Shown in pieces: positions 40,045-50,883 of a stretch of 64,000 bases of DNA. Both the position numbers and the translations under genes were made by a program. The stretch's first letter is position 1. Each line of letters begins with the position of its first letter. Source of the DNA: Thermoanaerobaculia bacterium (lineage in GTDB: Bacteria > Acidobacteriota > Thermoanaerobaculia > Gp7-AA8); the NCBI GenBank assembly GCA_034665065.1, contig JAXDGL010000017.1:6559-70558 (forward strand), read 5' to 3'. The notes under the pieces are model-generated. The model saw nothing but the letters and a program-made list of their open reading frames with translations. It made no database searches and was not told where the DNA came from.

Positions 40045-40868
40045 TACTTGGTTCTCCGCTTGACGATGAACTGGTTCGTCCGCTTGTTCTTACGAGTCTT
40101 GTGGCCCTTGGTCGGCTTGCCCCACGGCGTCACCGGGTGACGACCACCCGAGGTCTTGCCTTCGCCGCCGCCGAGCGGGTGATCGACAGGGTTCATCGAC
40201 ACGCCGCGGTTGTGCGGTTTCTTTCCTGCGTGACGGGTGCGGCCGGCTTTACCGATCGAGACGTTTTCGTGCTCGAGGTTTCCGACCTGACCGATCGTGG
40301 CGTAGCAGCGCACGTGAACTTTGCGCATCTCGCTCGAAGGAAGACGAAGCGTCGCCCAATCGCCTTCGCGCGCCATGAGCTGCGCAAATGCACCGGCCGA
40401 ACGAGCCATCTGTCCGCCCTTTCCTTCCTTCAGCTCGATGTTGTGAATCGTCGTGCCGAGGGGGATTTTGGAGAGGGGCAGTGAGTTGCCGACGAGAATG
40501 TCGGCATCGGGACCGGACATGATCGTCGATCCGACTTCGAGGCCGCTCGGCGCGAGGATGTAGCGCTTCTCACCATCTGCATAGTTGAGCAGCGCGATGC
40601 GTGCGGTGCGGTTCGGATCGTATTCGATCGCCGAAACCTTCGCAGGGACTCCGTGCTTCTCGCGGCGGAAGTCGATCTCGCGATATTTCTGCTTGTGGCC
40701 GCCGCCGATGAAGCGCGAAGTGATCCGGCCGCCCGAATTGCGGCCGCCAGTCTTCGGCTTTCCTTTCGTCAGCGACTTCTCCGGCTTCGTCTTCGTGATC
40801 TCATCAAACGTGTGATGAGTCTGGAAGCGGATGCCGGCAGACGTCGGTTTGTAATTCTTGACAGGCAT
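40044..40868 (-). CDS. rplB: 50S ribosomal protein L2
   Basis: [26 protein letters not shown]. Confidence 0.98.
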   Translation of the reverse strand: MPVKNYKPTSAGIRFQTHHTFDEITKTKPEKSLTKGKPKTGGRNSGGRITSRFIGGGHKQKYREIDFRREKHGVPAKVSAIEYDPNRTARIALLNYADGEKRYILAPSGLEVGSTIMSGPDADILVGNSLPLSKIPLGTTIHNIELKEGKGGQMARSAGAFAQLMAREGDWATLRLPSSEMRKVHVRCYATIGQVGNLEHENVSIGKAGRTRHAGKKPHNRGVSMNPVDHPLGGGEGKTSGGRHPVTPWGKPTKGHKTRKNKRTNQFIVKRRTK

Positions 40869-40897
40869 AGTGTCCTCTATTTATCGCCGTTCGGGAG

Positions 40898-41191
40898 CTA
40901 CACGCCCTCGATGAAATCGGGCGCCTTTTCTCCCGCTTTGAGCCGCACATAGGCCTTGCGCCAGTCGCGGCGCTTGCCCTCGTAACGGCCCATCCGCTTC
41001 ATCTTGCCGCGGACGTTGAAAAGCCGCACTTCTTCGACTTTTACTTTGAAGAGCTCTTCGATCGCGCTCTTGACCTGAATCTTGTTCGCCTTCACGTCGA
41101 CCTCGAAGGCGAGGATGTTGTCGCCGGCTTCGCGCATCATCGTCGATTTCTCGGTGACGAGCGGGCGGCGGATGATCTGGTTCGATCTCAT
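40898..41191 (-). CDS. rplW: 50S ribosomal protein L23
   Basis: RPLVTEKS, ANKIQVKSAIE, WRKAYVRL. Confidence 0.97.
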   Translation of the reverse strand: MRSNQIIRRPLVTEKSTMMREAGDNILAFEVDVKANKIQVKSAIEELFKVKVEEVRLFNVRGKMKRMGRYEGKRRDWRKAYVRLKAGEKAPDFIEGV

Positions 41192-41814
41192 GACTCGAGT
41201 GCCTCCGTCAGCCGTTGCAACGCATCCTGGCTGAGCACCACGAAGCGCGAGTTGACGACGTCGTACACGGTGACGTGCAGCGCATCGACGAGCGTGAGCT
41301 TCGGGTTATTGCGCGCGGCCAGAGCGAGGTTCGCGTTCTCGAACGAATCGACGAGAAGCGCTTTCCCCTCGACGCCGATTCCGGTGAACTTCGCAGCGAG
41401 AGCCTGCGTCTTCGCTTCGTCCACGGCGAGATCATTGAGAAGGACGAGCTTCCCTTCCTTGACCCGCTGCGAGAGCGCCGACTTGAGCGCGTTCTTCTTT
41501 TCCTTCGCGTTCATCTTGTACGAGTAATCGCGAGGAGTGGGACCGAAGACCGTTCCACCATGACGATGAATCGGCGGACGGCTGCCGCCCTGACGTGCGC
41601 GGCCGGTGCCCTTCTGCCGGAACGGCTTCTTGCCCGAGCCGCTAACTTCCGAGCGGTTCTTGACCTTGTGCGTTCCCTGACGAAGCGAGGCGAGGTAGTT
41701 CCGCACCGCTTCGTGAATGAGATGCTCTTTGTACGGATACGCGAAGATCGCTTCCGGAAGGTCGACCGAGCCGACCTTCTTGTTGTTCCAGTCTTTGATG
41801 TCGATGGTCGGCAT
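41188..41814 (-). CDS. rplD: 50S ribosomal protein L4
   Basis: RQGTHKVKNRSEVSG, KPFRQKGTGRARQG, GGTVFGP. Confidence 0.97.
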   Translation of the reverse strand: MPTIDIKDWNNKKVGSVDLPEAIFAYPYKEHLIHEAVRNYLASLRQGTHKVKNRSEVSGSGKKPFRQKGTGRARQGGSRPPIHRHGGTVFGPTPRDYSYKMNAKEKKNALKSALSQRVKEGKLVLLNDLAVDEAKTQALAAKFTGIGVEGKALLVDSFENANLALAARNNPKLTLVDALHVTVYDVVNSRFVVLSQDALQRLTEALES

Positions 41815-41815
41815 G

Positions 41816-42457
41816 TTATTCACCCCGCTTCCCGTTCCTGGAGAAGCGAACGACGACGAGGCCGTTCTTTCCGCCCGGAACTGCGCCGCGGATGTAGAGC
41901 AGGTTGTTCTCTGCGTCCACTTTGGCGACGCGGAGATTCTTGACCGTGACCTGATCGCCGCCCATACGGCCGCCCATGCGCATGCCTTTCATGACACGCG
42001 ACGGGAACGCCGAGGCGCCGATCGAGCCGGGAGCACGATGGAACATCGAGCCGTGCGTGGCCCGGCCGCCGCGGAAGTGATGACGCTTCATCACGCCCTG
42101 GAAGCCTTTGCCCTTCGACTGGCCGACGACGTCGATCGAGTCGCCCGCCTTGAAGATGTCGACCTGCACGCGGTCTCCGACGTTGGCATCGCCTTCGTAC
42201 GGGAACTCGACGAGCGTCCGAACCGGCGGAACTCCTGCCTTTTCGAAATGCCCGCGCGCCGCGCTGGTGATCCGGCGGTTGGAGATCTTCTCGACGAGAC
42301 CGACCTGGACGGCATCGTAGCCATCCTTCTCGCTCGTCTTCTTCTGTACCACGAGGCAAGGTCCGGCCTGGATGACCGTCACCGGGACGAGTGCTCCGTC
42401 GTCAGCGAACACCTGGGTCATTCCGACCTTCTTGCCAATGATTCCTGCGATTGCCAT
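41816..42457 (-). CDS. rplC: 50S ribosomal protein L3
   Basis: [26 protein letters not shown]. Confidence 0.97.
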   Translation of the reverse strand: MAIAGIIGKKVGMTQVFADDGALVPVTVIQAGPCLVVQKKTSEKDGYDAVQVGLVEKISNRRITSAARGHFEKAGVPPVRTLVEFPYEGDANVGDRVQVDIFKAGDSIDVVGQSKGKGFQGVMKRHHFRGGRATHGSMFHRAPGSIGASAFPSRVMKGMRMGGRMGGDQVTVKNLRVAKVDAENNLLYIRGAVPGGKNGLVVVRFSRNGKRGE

Positions 42458-42497
42458 TTCGTTCACCTTGGAACCTGTTGGGTTCGTGTGTGCTTTC

Positions 42498-42594
42498 CAG
42501 CTCTTAGCTGTTAGCTCTTGGCTCTTAGGAGCGCCGAGCTGCCAGCTCGCTCTTGCCCTCGCCCCGGTCTCCCTAAGAGCTATGAGCTAAGAGC
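42498..42594. repeat. Heptamer-tandem hairpin (AGCTCTT family) in rpsJ-rplC spacer
   Basis: CAGCTCTTAGCTGTTAGCTCTTGGCTCTTAGG ... CCTAAGAGCTATGAGCTAAGAGCT; abuts the rpsJ stop. Confidence 0.85.
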
Positions 42595-42911
42595 TACTTT
42601 CCGAATGCCTTGATCTCCACATCGACACCAGCCGGCAGCTCGAGCTTCATGAGCGCGTCGACCGTCTGCGTCGTCGGCTCGAGAATGTCGAGCAGCCGCT
42701 TGTGCGTCCGCATTTCGAACTGCTCCCGCGACTTCTTGTCGACGTGCGGGCTGCGCAGAACCGTGTAACGCGCAATCTGCGTCGGCAGAGGAATCGGTCC
42801 CGCCACACGGGCACCGGTTCGCTTGGCCGTGTCGACGATTTCGGACGTCGACTGGTCGAGGACGCGGTAGTCATACGCTTTGAGCCGGATGCGGATCTTT
42901 TCGTTCATCAT
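42594..42911 (-). CDS. rpsJ: 30S ribosomal protein S10
   Basis: [31 protein letters not shown]. Confidence 0.98.
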   Translation of the reverse strand: MMNEKIRIRLKAYDYRVLDQSTSEIVDTAKRTGARVAGPIPLPTQIARYTVLRSPHVDKKSREQFEMRTHKRLLDILEPTTQTVDALMKLELPAGVDVEIKAFGK

Positions 42912-42971
42912 GATTTCGGTACCTTAAAGATCAAGTGGGGCGCCCCTTCCGGAGCGCCCCACGCAGAGTGA

Positions 42972-44165
42972 CTACTCGATGACTTCCGTAACCGTTCCGG
43001 CGCCGACCGTACGGCCGCCTTCACGAATGGCGAAGCGAAGACCCTTCTCCATTGCGATCGGGTGAATGAGCTGGATCGTGAGCGCCGTGTTGTCACCCGG
43101 CATCACCATCTCCGCGCCCTCGGCCAATGCCGCGGTGCCCGTGATGTCGGTGGTACGGAAGTAGAACTGCGGACGATAGCCGTTGAAGAACGGGGTGTGA
43201 CGGCCGCCTTCTTCCTTCGTCAGAATGTAAACCTCAGCCTTGAACTTCGTGTGCGGGGTGATCGAGCCCGGCTTGGAGCAGACCTGTCCGCGCTCGACGT
43301 CCTTGCGCTCCACACCGCGGAGCAGAAGGCCGACGTTGTCGCCTGCCTGACCCTGGTCGAGCAGCTTGCGGAACATCTCGACGCCGGTGACGACCTTCTT
43401 GATGGTCGGACGAATTCCGACGATCTCGATTTCCTCACCGACCTTGACGATGCCACGCTCGATACGGCCAGTGACGACCGTGCCGCGGCCCGAGATCGAA
43501 AAGATGTCTTCGACCGGCATCAGGAACGGCTTGTCGATGACGCGCTCGGGCATCGGGATGTAGCTGTCGACCGCGTCCATCAGCTCCATGATCTTCTTGC
43601 CCCACTCGCTGTTGGCGTCGCCGCTCTCGAGAGCCTTGAGTGCCGAAACGCGAATGATGGGAATCTCATCGCCGGGGAAGTCGTACGAGCTGAGGAGCTC
43701 GCGCACTTCGAGCTCGACGAGGTCTAGCAGCTCCGGATCGTCAACCATGTCGACCTTGTTGAGGGCGACGACGATGTACGGAACGCCGACCTGGCGGGCC
43801 AGCAGGATGTGCTCGCGCGTCTGCGGCATCGGGCCGTCAGCAGCGGAGACGACCAGGATCGCGCCGTCCATCTGCGCGGCTCCGGTGATCATGTTCTTGA
43901 CGTAGTCAGCGTGACCCGGGCAATCGACGTGCGCGTAGTGGCGCTTCTCGGTCGAGTACTCGACGTGCGCGGTGGCGATGGTGATACCACGCTCACGCTC
44001 TTCGGGAGCCTTGTCGATCATGTCGAAGGAGGTGAACGTCGCCGTTCCCTTCGAAGCCAGGATCTTGGTGATTGCCGCCGTCAGGGTCGTTTTGCCGTGG
44101 TCGACGTGACCAATCGTGCCGACGTTGACGTGAGGCTTGCTGCGATCGAATTTCTCTTTAGCCAT
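42972..44165 (-). CDS. tuf: Elongation factor Tu
   Basis: [38 protein letters not shown]. Confidence 0.99.
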   Translation of the reverse strand: MAKEKFDRSKPHVNVGTIGHVDHGKTTLTAAITKILASKGTATFTSFDMIDKAPEERERGITIATAHVEYSTEKRHYAHVDCPGHADYVKNMITGAAQMDGAILVVSAADGPMPQTREHILLARQVGVPYIVVALNKVDMVDDPELLDLVELEVRELLSSYDFPGDEIPIIRVSALKALESGDANSEWGKKIMELMDAVDSYIPMPERVIDKPFLMPVEDIFSISGRGTVVTGRIERGIVKVGEEIEIVGIRPTIKKVVTGVEMFRKLLDQGQAGDNVGLLLRGVERKDVERGQVCSKPGSITPHTKFKAEVYILTKEEGGRHTPFFNGYRPQFYFRTTDITGTAALAEGAEMVMPGDNTALTIQLIHPIAMEKGLRFAIREGGRTVGAGTVTEVIE

Positions 44166-44234
44166 CCTGAGACCTCCTGCTGTTCGTTTCGAGTTTCTTG
44201 CATTGGCCGGGCTGCGACGTCCGGTCTACGCGGT

Positions 44235-46325
44235 TCAAATTCGTTGTGTCGTTCCCGCCGACTTGGCGATCACTTCGTCTGCCACGCTCTTCGGAGCCGG
44301 CTCGTAAGCGAGGAACTGCATCGTGTAACTGGCGCGGCCCTGCGACATCGACCGCACCTGTGTTGCGTAACCAAACATTTCGGAGAGAGGCACGTGCGCC
44401 TTGATGACCTTGGCGCCGGCGCGCTCTTCCATCGCCTGAATGCGGCCGCGGCGGCGGGAGAGGTCGCCCATGACGTCGCCGGCGTAGTCTTCCGGCGTGA
44501 CGACTTCGACGTCCATGATCGGCTCTTTGAGAATCGGAGCTGCTTTTCGTGCACCTTCCTGGAAGGCCATCGATCCGGCGATCTTGAAGGCCATTTCGCT
44601 GGAGTCGACGTCGTGGTACGACCCGTCGTACAGGATCGCGCGGACGCCCGTTACCGGATAGCCGGCGACGATACCGCGCTCGAGCGCTTCCTTAATGCCC
44701 TGCTCGACCGGCTTGATGAACTCGCGAGGAACCGAGCCGCCGACGATGTCGTTGACGAACTCGTAGCCACCCTCGGGGATCGGCTCGAAGCGCATCTTGA
44801 CGTGACCGTACTGACCCTTACCACCCGACTGCCGGACGAACTTCCCTTCGGCTTCCGACTTGCGCGTGATCGCCTCGCGATACGCGACCTGCGGCTTGCC
44901 GACATTCGCGGCAACACCGAACTCACGCACCATGCGATCGACGATGATCTCGAGGTGCAGCTCGCCCATCCCACGGATGATGGTCTGGTTCGTTTCCGGG
45001 TCCGTATGGACCTTGAACGTTGGATCTTCCTGCATGAGCTTCGCAAGCGCGACGCCCATCTTTTCCTGATCGACTTTGGTTTTCGGCTCGATGGCGACGG
45101 CGATGACCGGCTCCGGGAACGTCATCGTCTCGAGGACGATTGGCTTGTCCCGATCGCAGATCGTGTCGCCGGTCGTGACGCTGCGCAGACCGACGGCGGC
45201 GCCGATATCACCGGCCCACACTTCTTTGATCTCTTCGCGCTTGTTCGCGTGCATCTGCAGCAGGCGGCCGATGCGCTCGGAGTTGCCCTTCGTCGTGTTG
45301 AGCACCGAGGTGCCTGACTCGACGTGACCAGAGTAGACGCGGAAGAACGCGAGCTGACCGACGAACGGGTCGGTCATGATCTTGAAGACGAGTGCGGCGA
45401 ACGGCTCGGAGTCGGCAGCCTTACGCTCGATGAGTGATTCGTCGTCCGGGTCGATGCCCTTGACCGGCGGGATGTCCAGCGGCGAAGGGAGGTAGTCGAC
45501 GACGGAGTCGAGCAGCGGCTGTACGCCTTTGTTCTTGAATGCCGAGCCGCACATCACGGGCGTGATCTTCTGAGCGATCGTCGCTTCGCGGATGGCAGCC
45601 TTCAACTCGGCAAGCTCGATCGGCTCGCCGGCGAGATACTTCTCCAGCAGCTCATCGTGCGTTTCCGCGATCGACTCGACGAGCTTCTCGCGAAGGTGCT
45701 CTGCTTCTGCGCGGTACTCAGCCGGAATCTCTTCCGTCTCGTACTTCGCGCCGAGGGACTCATCGTTGAAGATCAGGGCCTTCATCTGCACGAGGTCGAT
45801 GACGCCACGGAACTTGTCCTCGGCTCCGATCGGAAGCTGAAGGGCGACGGCGTTCTTGCCGAGCTTGGTGCGGATCTGATTCACAACGGCTTCGAAGTTC
45901 GCGCCGATGCGATCCATCTTGTTGATGAAAGCGATGCGGGGAACGCCGTACTTGTCAGCCTGGCGCCACACGGTCTCCGACTGCGGCTCGACGCCGCCGA
46001 CCGCGCAGAAAACACCGACTGCGCCGTCGAGGACGCGCAGCGAACGTTCCACTTCAACCGTGAAGTCGACGTGGCCCGGGGTATCGATGATGTTGACGCG
46101 GACGTCTCCCCACATGGCGGTGGTGGCTGCCGAGGTGATGGTGATGCCGCGCTCCTGCTCCTGAACCATCCAGTCCATCGTCGCGGTGCCATCGTGCACT
46201 TCGCCGATCTTGTGGGTGCGGCCGGTGTAATAAAGGATGCGCTCGGTCGTCGTGGTTTTACCCGCGTCGATGTGAGCCATGATCCCGATGTTTCGCGTTT
46301 TTTCGAGTGCTACCTGACGTGGCAT
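44235..46325 (-). CDS. fusA: Elongation factor G
   Basis: [41 protein letters not shown]. Start refined to ATG 46325. Confidence 0.99.
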   Translation of the reverse strand: MPRQVALEKTRNIGIMAHIDAGKTTTTERILYYTGRTHKIGEVHDGTATMDWMVQEQERGITITSAATTAMWGDVRVNIIDTPGHVDFTVEVERSLRVLDGAVGVFCAVGGVEPQSETVWRQADKYGVPRIAFINKMDRIGANFEAVVNQIRTKLGKNAVALQLPIGAEDKFRGVIDLVQMKALIFNDESLGAKYETEEIPAEYRAEAEHLREKLVESIAETHDELLEKYLAGEPIELAELKAAIREATIAQKITPVMCGSAFKNKGVQPLLDSVVDYLPSPLDIPPVKGIDPDDESLIERKAADSEPFAALVFKIMTDPFVGQLAFFRVYSGHVESGTSVLNTTKGNSERIGRLLQMHANKREEIKEVWAGDIGAAVGLRSVTTGDTICDRDKPIVLETMTFPEPVIAVAIEPKTKVDQEKMGVALAKLMQEDPTFKVHTDPETNQTIIRGMGELHLEIIVDRMVREFGVAANVGKPQVAYREAITRKSEAEGKFVRQSGGKGQYGHVKMRFEPIPEGGYEFVNDIVGGSVPREFIKPVEQGIKEALERGIVAGYPVTGVRAILYDGSYHDVDSSEMAFKIAGSMAFQEGARKAAPILKEPIMDVEVVTPEDYAGDVMGDLSRRRGRIQAMEERAGAKVIKAHVPLSEMFGYATQVRSMSQGRASYTMQFLAYEPAPKSVADEVIAKSAGTTQRI

Positions 46326-46609
46326 GACTGAATTACCTTTTCCAACGGATGCGGCCAAACCGACGGCAAAGCTGACGCCGATTGCAGACCTACGCCTCGC
46401 GCATAAAGACGCGAAGCGCAGCTCGGATCGATACTTGTTATTTCCCGTTGCTCGGTCCGGAACCGCAGAACTTTTTCTGTGTTATCCGGTCGAGACGGAG
46501 CTACGGAAAGTTAAAAAACGAGGTTTTGAAACTACCCAACTTCGGGCTGAGAAAACCGGTAACGGTGACCCGTCACCAATAATTCTCGCAATGCAAAACT
46601 ACCAGAAAC

Positions 46610-47080
46610 CTACCAGCGGTAGTGAGCGAACGCCTTGTTCGCTTCCGCCATTTTGTGCGTATCTTCCTTCTTCTTGATGGCGTTGCCGCGGTTGTTTGCG
46701 GCATCCATGATCTCGCCGGCCAGTTTGTCCATCATCGTCTTCTCACCACGGCTGTTCGCGTAGGAGATCAGCCAGCGGATGGCCAGAGCGGTGCGGCGCG
46801 ACGGCCGGACCTCGATGGGAACCTGGTAGTTCGATCCGCCAACGCGGCGGCTCTTGACTTCGAGCGCCGGCTTGACGTTGTCGACTGCCTTCTTGAAGAG
46901 CTTGATCGGATCGTCCTTGGCCCGGTCTTCGACCTTCTTCAGCGCGCTGTAGAAGACGCGCTCAGCGACCGACTTCCTCCCCTGCGACATCAGGGAGTTG
47001 ATGAACTTGGTCACGAGCTGGCTGTTGTAGACCGGATCCGGAAGGATCTCGCGTTTCGGAACTTCTCTGCGTCTCGGCAT
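46610..47080 (-). CDS. rpsG: 30S ribosomal protein S7
   Basis: [35 protein letters not shown]. Confidence 0.98.
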   Translation of the reverse strand: MPRRREVPKREILPDPVYNSQLVTKFINSLMSQGRKSVAERVFYSALKKVEDRAKDDPIKLFKKAVDNVKPALEVKSRRVGGSNYQVPIEVRPSRRTALAIRWLISYANSRGEKTMMDKLAGEIMDAANNRGNAIKKKEDTHKMAEANKAFAHYRW

Positions 47081-47084
47081 CTGC

Positions 47085-47462
47085 TTAACCCTTCTTCGGC
47101 CGCTTGGCCCCGTACTTCGAGCGGCTCTGCATCCGCTTGGCAACACCGACGGTGTCGAGCGTGCCGCGAATGACGTGATAACGAACGCCCGGGAGATCCT
47201 TCACACGGCCACCGCGGATGAGCACGATCGAGTGCTCCTGCAGGTTGTGGCCGACGCCGGGGATGTAGGTGGTCACTTCGATCCCGTTCGTCAAACGGAC
47301 ACGCGCGACCTTGCGGAGCGCCGAGTTCGGCTTCTTCGGGGTCGAGGTGTAGACACGCGTGCAAACGCCACGCTTCTGCGGGCTCGACTGCAGCGCGGGC
47401 GACTTGGTCTTGTACGCGACTTTCGCGCGGCCTGCGCTGACGAGTTGGTTGATCGTTGGCAT
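47085..47462 (-). CDS. rpsL: 30S ribosomal protein S12
   Basis: [31 protein letters not shown]. Confidence 0.99.
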   Translation of the reverse strand: MPTINQLVSAGRAKVAYKTKSPALQSSPQKRGVCTRVYTSTPKKPNSALRKVARVRLTNGIEVTTYIPGVGHNLQEHSIVLIRGGRVKDLPGVRYHVIRGTLDTVGVAKRMQSRSKYGAKRPKKG

Positions 47463-47526
47463 TCTACCTATCCTTCTGAAGACACGTGCAGCGAGAGGAA
47501 GCTCCCGCTGGGGGAAAAACCCGCGC

Positions 47527-47556
47527 ACTCTAAGCGAGGGTTGCGGACTTTGTCAA
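47527..47556 (-). promoter_or_regulatory. Sigma70-type promoter of str operon
   Basis: TTGACA (47556-47551)-N18-TAGAGT (47532-47527), followed by a GC-rich discriminator GCGCGGG. Confidence 0.75.
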
Positions 47557-47674
47557 GCCTGCCGGCGACCTAACGGCACGCCCGAAGCCTGTATTCCTAC
47601 CGTCGCCGACGCCGGGCGCAGGCTTTCTGCAAGGTCGCTTGATCCTAGCACGGGCTCACATACAACCGAGAATC

Positions 47675-47856
47675 TGAATGTTGAGTGTTGAGTGTTGAAT
47701 GTTGAGTGTTGAATGTTGGGTGTTGAATTGAATGTTGAATGTTGAATGCTGAATGCTGAAACCTGAAAGCTGAGAGTGGTGAGTAATCAGATGGGGTTCT
47801 TCAACATTCAACACTCAACATTCAACATTTAACATTCAACATTAAGATTCAACATT
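47675..47856. repeat. Long heptamer-tandem hairpin (TGTTGAA/TGTTGAG vs TTCAACA)
   Basis: About a dozen (TG)TTGA(A/G)-type units, a spacer, then about seven TTCAACA-type units. Lies upstream of the str promoter. Confidence 0.9.
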
Positions 47857-47891
47857 CTCCACAAACGTCCCCCGGCTCGGCAGGAGTACTT

Positions 47892-48860
47892 TCAAAAAGC
47901 AACCCAGGTCCCCGCTTCTTCCCGCGAGGCCTTCTCGAACAGGAACTGCGCCGACGCGAGATCCTCGACCGCAAGCCCCAGCGACTTGAAGAGCGTGATC
48001 TCGCTCTCCGCGGTGCGGCCTTTCGCTTGACCGGTCAGAATCTCTCCGATCTCAGCGCGGATGTGATCGGCGGAGATCGCTCCCTCGCGCAGCGCGAAGA
48101 GGTAATCGCCCGATTCGTTGACCGTCGACTCGCGCCGGTCGACGAAAAGGGATGCGGACGCAACCGTGGCGGCGTCGAGCTCGCGCGCAGCGGCGATACT
48201 CGATCCGACGGCATTGATGTGCACGCCGTCGCGCAGCCATTCGCGTTTGAGGATCGGCTCGCGCGAGCTTGTCGCGGTGACGACGATGTCCGCGCCGCGG
48301 ACCGCCTCTTCGACGGAGCTAACCACACGCGCGCCACGCTCAGCAAGCGCCTCGGCCTTCGCGATCGAACGGCTCACGATGCGCACATCATCGATGTTGC
48401 GGACGAGCGGAATCGCCTCCAGATGCGTCCGCGCCTGCACACCGGCGCCGATGATCGCCAGCGTTCGCGCATCTTCGCGCGCGAGCAGCTTCGTGGCCAC
48501 CGCAGAGACTGCCGCAGTGCGGATCGCGGTGATCGCTGAGGCGTTCATCACCGCCATGAGTTGTCCGGTCTCGCCGCTGTGAAGGAGCACGCCGCCGAGG
48601 TGGGTGTCGAGTCCGATGGCCGGGTTGCCGGGAAACACGCATACTTCCTTGAGCCCGTAGTACGGCTGCGCGCCGCCTCGGTACGACGGCATCAGTCCCA
48701 GGATGCCCTTTGCTCCGTCGCCGCGAATCATGTGGCGAAGCGGGTTGTGCACTTCGCCGCGTGCGAGTGCCGTCAGCGCCTCTTCCATCACGCTGATGCA
48801 CTCGCGCATCGTCAGAAGACGCTCGACATCGTGCTCGCTGAGGATCAAGAGCTTCGTCAT
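47892..48860 (-). CDS. Ornithine cyclodeaminase/mu-crystallin family protein
   Basis: ITAIRTAAVS, IIGAGVQA, HINAVGS, LFKSLGLAVED. GAGGAG SD. Confidence 0.92.
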   Translation of the reverse strand: MTKLLILSEHDVERLLTMRECISVMEEALTALARGEVHNPLRHMIRGDGAKGILGLMPSYRGGAQPYYGLKEVCVFPGNPAIGLDTHLGGVLLHSGETGQLMAVMNASAITAIRTAAVSAVATKLLAREDARTLAIIGAGVQARTHLEAIPLVRNIDDVRIVSRSIAKAEALAERGARVVSSVEEAVRGADIVVTATSSREPILKREWLRDGVHINAVGSSIAAARELDAATVASASLFVDRRESTVNESGDYLFALREGAISADHIRAEIGEILTGQAKGRTAESEITLFKSLGLAVEDLASAQFLFEKASREEAGTWVAF

Positions 48861-48870
48861 CAGCATCTCC

Positions 48871-49230
48871 TCAATCGCGATGCACGGTATCCATCGAGAA
48901 CGCTGGCAGACAGACAGCGATGTACTCCGCGCCGTCGGCGCCCGGAGTCGAGTACTGCACCCACTCGCCGGGATGCGTGATGATCGCCTCGCCCGCCGCG
49001 ACATCGACGACGCCGTCGCGCGTCGTCACCCGGAGCGAGCCGCGCAGCACGACCGTGTACTCCTCGAACTCGGGCGTCTGTCCCGGCTCGACCCAGCCGC
49101 TCGGACTCTGCATCCGCGCCACGCTGACGCCGCTGCTTTTCGAGTTGACGCGTCCGATGAACTCCTCGATCCGCTTCGGCTTGTTACCCGCGGCTTCGAT
49201 GACGGAAGGTTGTTTGATGTGTGTCGGCAT
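48871..49230 (-). CDS. Cupin domain protein
   Basis: GNKPKRIEEFIG, WVEPGQTPEFEEYTVVLRG, GEWVQYSTP. Confidence 0.85.
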   Translation of the reverse strand: MPTHIKQPSVIEAAGNKPKRIEEFIGRVNSKSSGVSVARMQSPSGWVEPGQTPEFEEYTVVLRGSLRVTTRDGVVDVAAGEAIITHPGEWVQYSTPGADGAEYIAVCLPAFSMDTVHRD

Positions 49231-49588
49231 CCGCGGATCTTACCTGCTCGCCGATCCAGCGTTCCAGGACGCCGAGAACGTACGTCCGCTCGTCGGGTGT
49301 CAGGGCATGCCCCTTCGCGATCTCATGAACCTTTTCCAGACATCCGCGGCAACAGGTCGCCGTGGCGTGCTGCGCGACGAAGATCGGATGATTGCGCCAC
49401 GGCGTCTGCTTCCCATCGTTGCGCGGAAACGCCGGAGCCAGCCGTTCGTCGATGAACTTCGCGCCATGCTTCATCACCGCCGGCAGACCCCACGTCTCGA
49501 CGTAGGCAAGCTCGCGTCCGGCAAGCCGGAACTTGCGTCGGAAAGGGGCCGCAGCGAGGCGGCGAAAGGCTTCTTCGACGTGGATCAC
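49184..49588 (-). CDS. DUF4186 family protein
   Basis: FRRKFRL, NDGKQTPWRNHPIFVAQHATATCCRGCL. Confidence 0.85.
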   Translation of the reverse strand: MIHVEEAFRRLAAAPFRRKFRLAGRELAYVETWGLPAVMKHGAKFIDERLAPAFPRNDGKQTPWRNHPIFVAQHATATCCRGCLEKVHEIAKGHALTPDERTYVLGVLERWIGEQVRSADADTHQTTFRHRSRG

Positions 49589-49624
49589 GGAAGGAAGAAC
49601 GCGCAGGTCTCAGTTCCTGTTTCT

Positions 49625-49678
49625 CCTTCGCGTTCTTCGCGGCTTCGCGTGACACCGGTTTCACGCGAAGGTGCGAAG
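49625..49678. repeat. Nonamer-periodic inverted repeat (CTTCGCG/CGCGAAG)
   Basis: CCTTCGCGTTCTTCGCGGCTTCGCGTGA-loop-TCACGCGAAGGTGCGAAG. Confidence 0.7.
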
Positions 49679-49685
49679 TCGGCAC

Positions 49686-50726
49686 CTACTTCCTCAGCAC
49701 ATCCTCGATCGCCGCCAGCGCCCGTGGATCGTGCTTCTGTCCCAGCCAGAAGGCAGCCTTTTTCCGCACGCCGCCATCGCGGTGCGTCTTCATCAGATTG
49801 ATCAGCATCGGCACCGATTCGTCGTCCGGCATTTGCGAGACCGCGAAGACCGCCTTTTCGCGGACATCGTGGTCGGGGTCATCGTCCACAGCCTCGCGAA
49901 TGGCACCTGCTGCCTTCTTCCCAGCCTTCTGCGAGAGCCAGAAGAGCGCCTGCCCTCGCACGTGGCTGGAAGGATCACTCTTCGCCATCTTGATCAGTTC
50001 ATCGAGCGCGCCTGGCTCACTCGACTGCGAGAGCGCAAAGACAGCCTTCTCCCGCAGACGCGGCGACGCCGACGCCGAATGTGCCAGCGCGAGAACGTCC
50101 TCGTAACCGCGGCGGCCACGCGTCTGCCCCAGCCAGAACACCGCGTGTCCTCGGGACTCATCCGAGGCGCTGGTGTCGCGCATGATCCGCTCGAGCTCCG
50201 CGGTGGCGGAAGCATCGGCATGCATGGCCAAAGCCGACATGACATTGTCGGAGTGATGCCCGGGCACTGCAATCATCGACGCGAGCAGCGCCACACTCTT
50301 CCTCGCATCGACCCCTTCGATCCACGTCACCGCTCCGCCACCGGCATCGAGGACGCACGCGGTCGAGTAACTCCGCACTCGAGTGATCTCGTGGTTTTCG
50401 ACGCGGAAGAACATCGCGAACGAGCCGCTGCGAACCGGATGCGGATCGTCCTTGTCGTCGTTCGTGAAGTAGCTCCCATCGCGATCGAGACCGCACACCC
50501 CGCCGGAGCGAAACTCGCCGTAGTGCTCGAAGCAGCACATGACGCGCTCGCCCTCGACCTCCGGCACCGCGTAGCCGATGTACTTCGTTTTCGATCCGCG
50601 GATCTGTGCGCCGAGGTCGGAGGAGGCGGCGACGGAGGTGACGGTGCCGTGGTTGATGCGTGGCTGCTGCGCGGTGACGGTGATGGCGAGGAAAAGGATT
50701 GCAAGAGCGGTCGGCGCGGTTCTCAT
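49686..50726 (-). CDS. Exported HEAT-repeat protein
   Basis: Signal peptide and repeated R..A+FWL.Q / REKAVFA+SQ HEAT units. Confidence 0.85.
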   Translation of the reverse strand: MRTAPTALAILFLAITVTAQQPRINHGTVTSVAASSDLGAQIRGSKTKYIGYAVPEVEGERVMCCFEHYGEFRSGGVCGLDRDGSYFTNDDKDDPHPVRSGSFAMFFRVENHEITRVRSYSTACVLDAGGGAVTWIEGVDARKSVALLASMIAVPGHHSDNVMSALAMHADASATAELERIMRDTSASDESRGHAVFWLGQTRGRRGYEDVLALAHSASASPRLREKAVFALSQSSEPGALDELIKMAKSDPSSHVRGQALFWLSQKAGKKAAGAIREAVDDDPDHDVREKAVFAVSQMPDDESVPMLINLMKTHRDGGVRKKAAFWLGQKHDPRALAAIEDVLRK

Positions 50727-50782
50727 GCACGCTTAGACTGGCGCGCCACAAGGCGGTTAGCTATACTCCGCGGACTTTGAGG

Positions 50783-50851
50783 ATGTTGATACGGGCGACC
50801 ACACGGCGCAACACGCGAACGACGGGCTGCTTCAACCCGCCCTGCCGATGA
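50783..50851 (+). CDS. Putative Thr-rich leader peptide of thrS (MLIRATTRRNTRTTGCFNPPCR)
   Basis: 22-codon ORF with five Thr codons (ACC ACA, ACG, ACG ACG) at codons 6-14. It follows a TATACT -10 box at 50762-50767. Confidence 0.7.
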   Translation: MLIRATTRRNTRTTGCFNPPCR

Positions 50852-50883
50852 TCGTCTGTTCGTAAGCAGCAAGACAATCCGAC

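Noticed and set aside
42935-42962. Terminator between tuf and rpsJ
   Set aside because: The GC hairpin (GTGGGGCGC...GCGCCCCAC) lacks a proper U-tract on the coding strand; more likely a stability or pause hairpin.
47675-47856. Possible CRISPR array
   Set aside because: Units are contiguous 7-mers with no unique spacers, arranged as an inverted pair. No cas genes are present.
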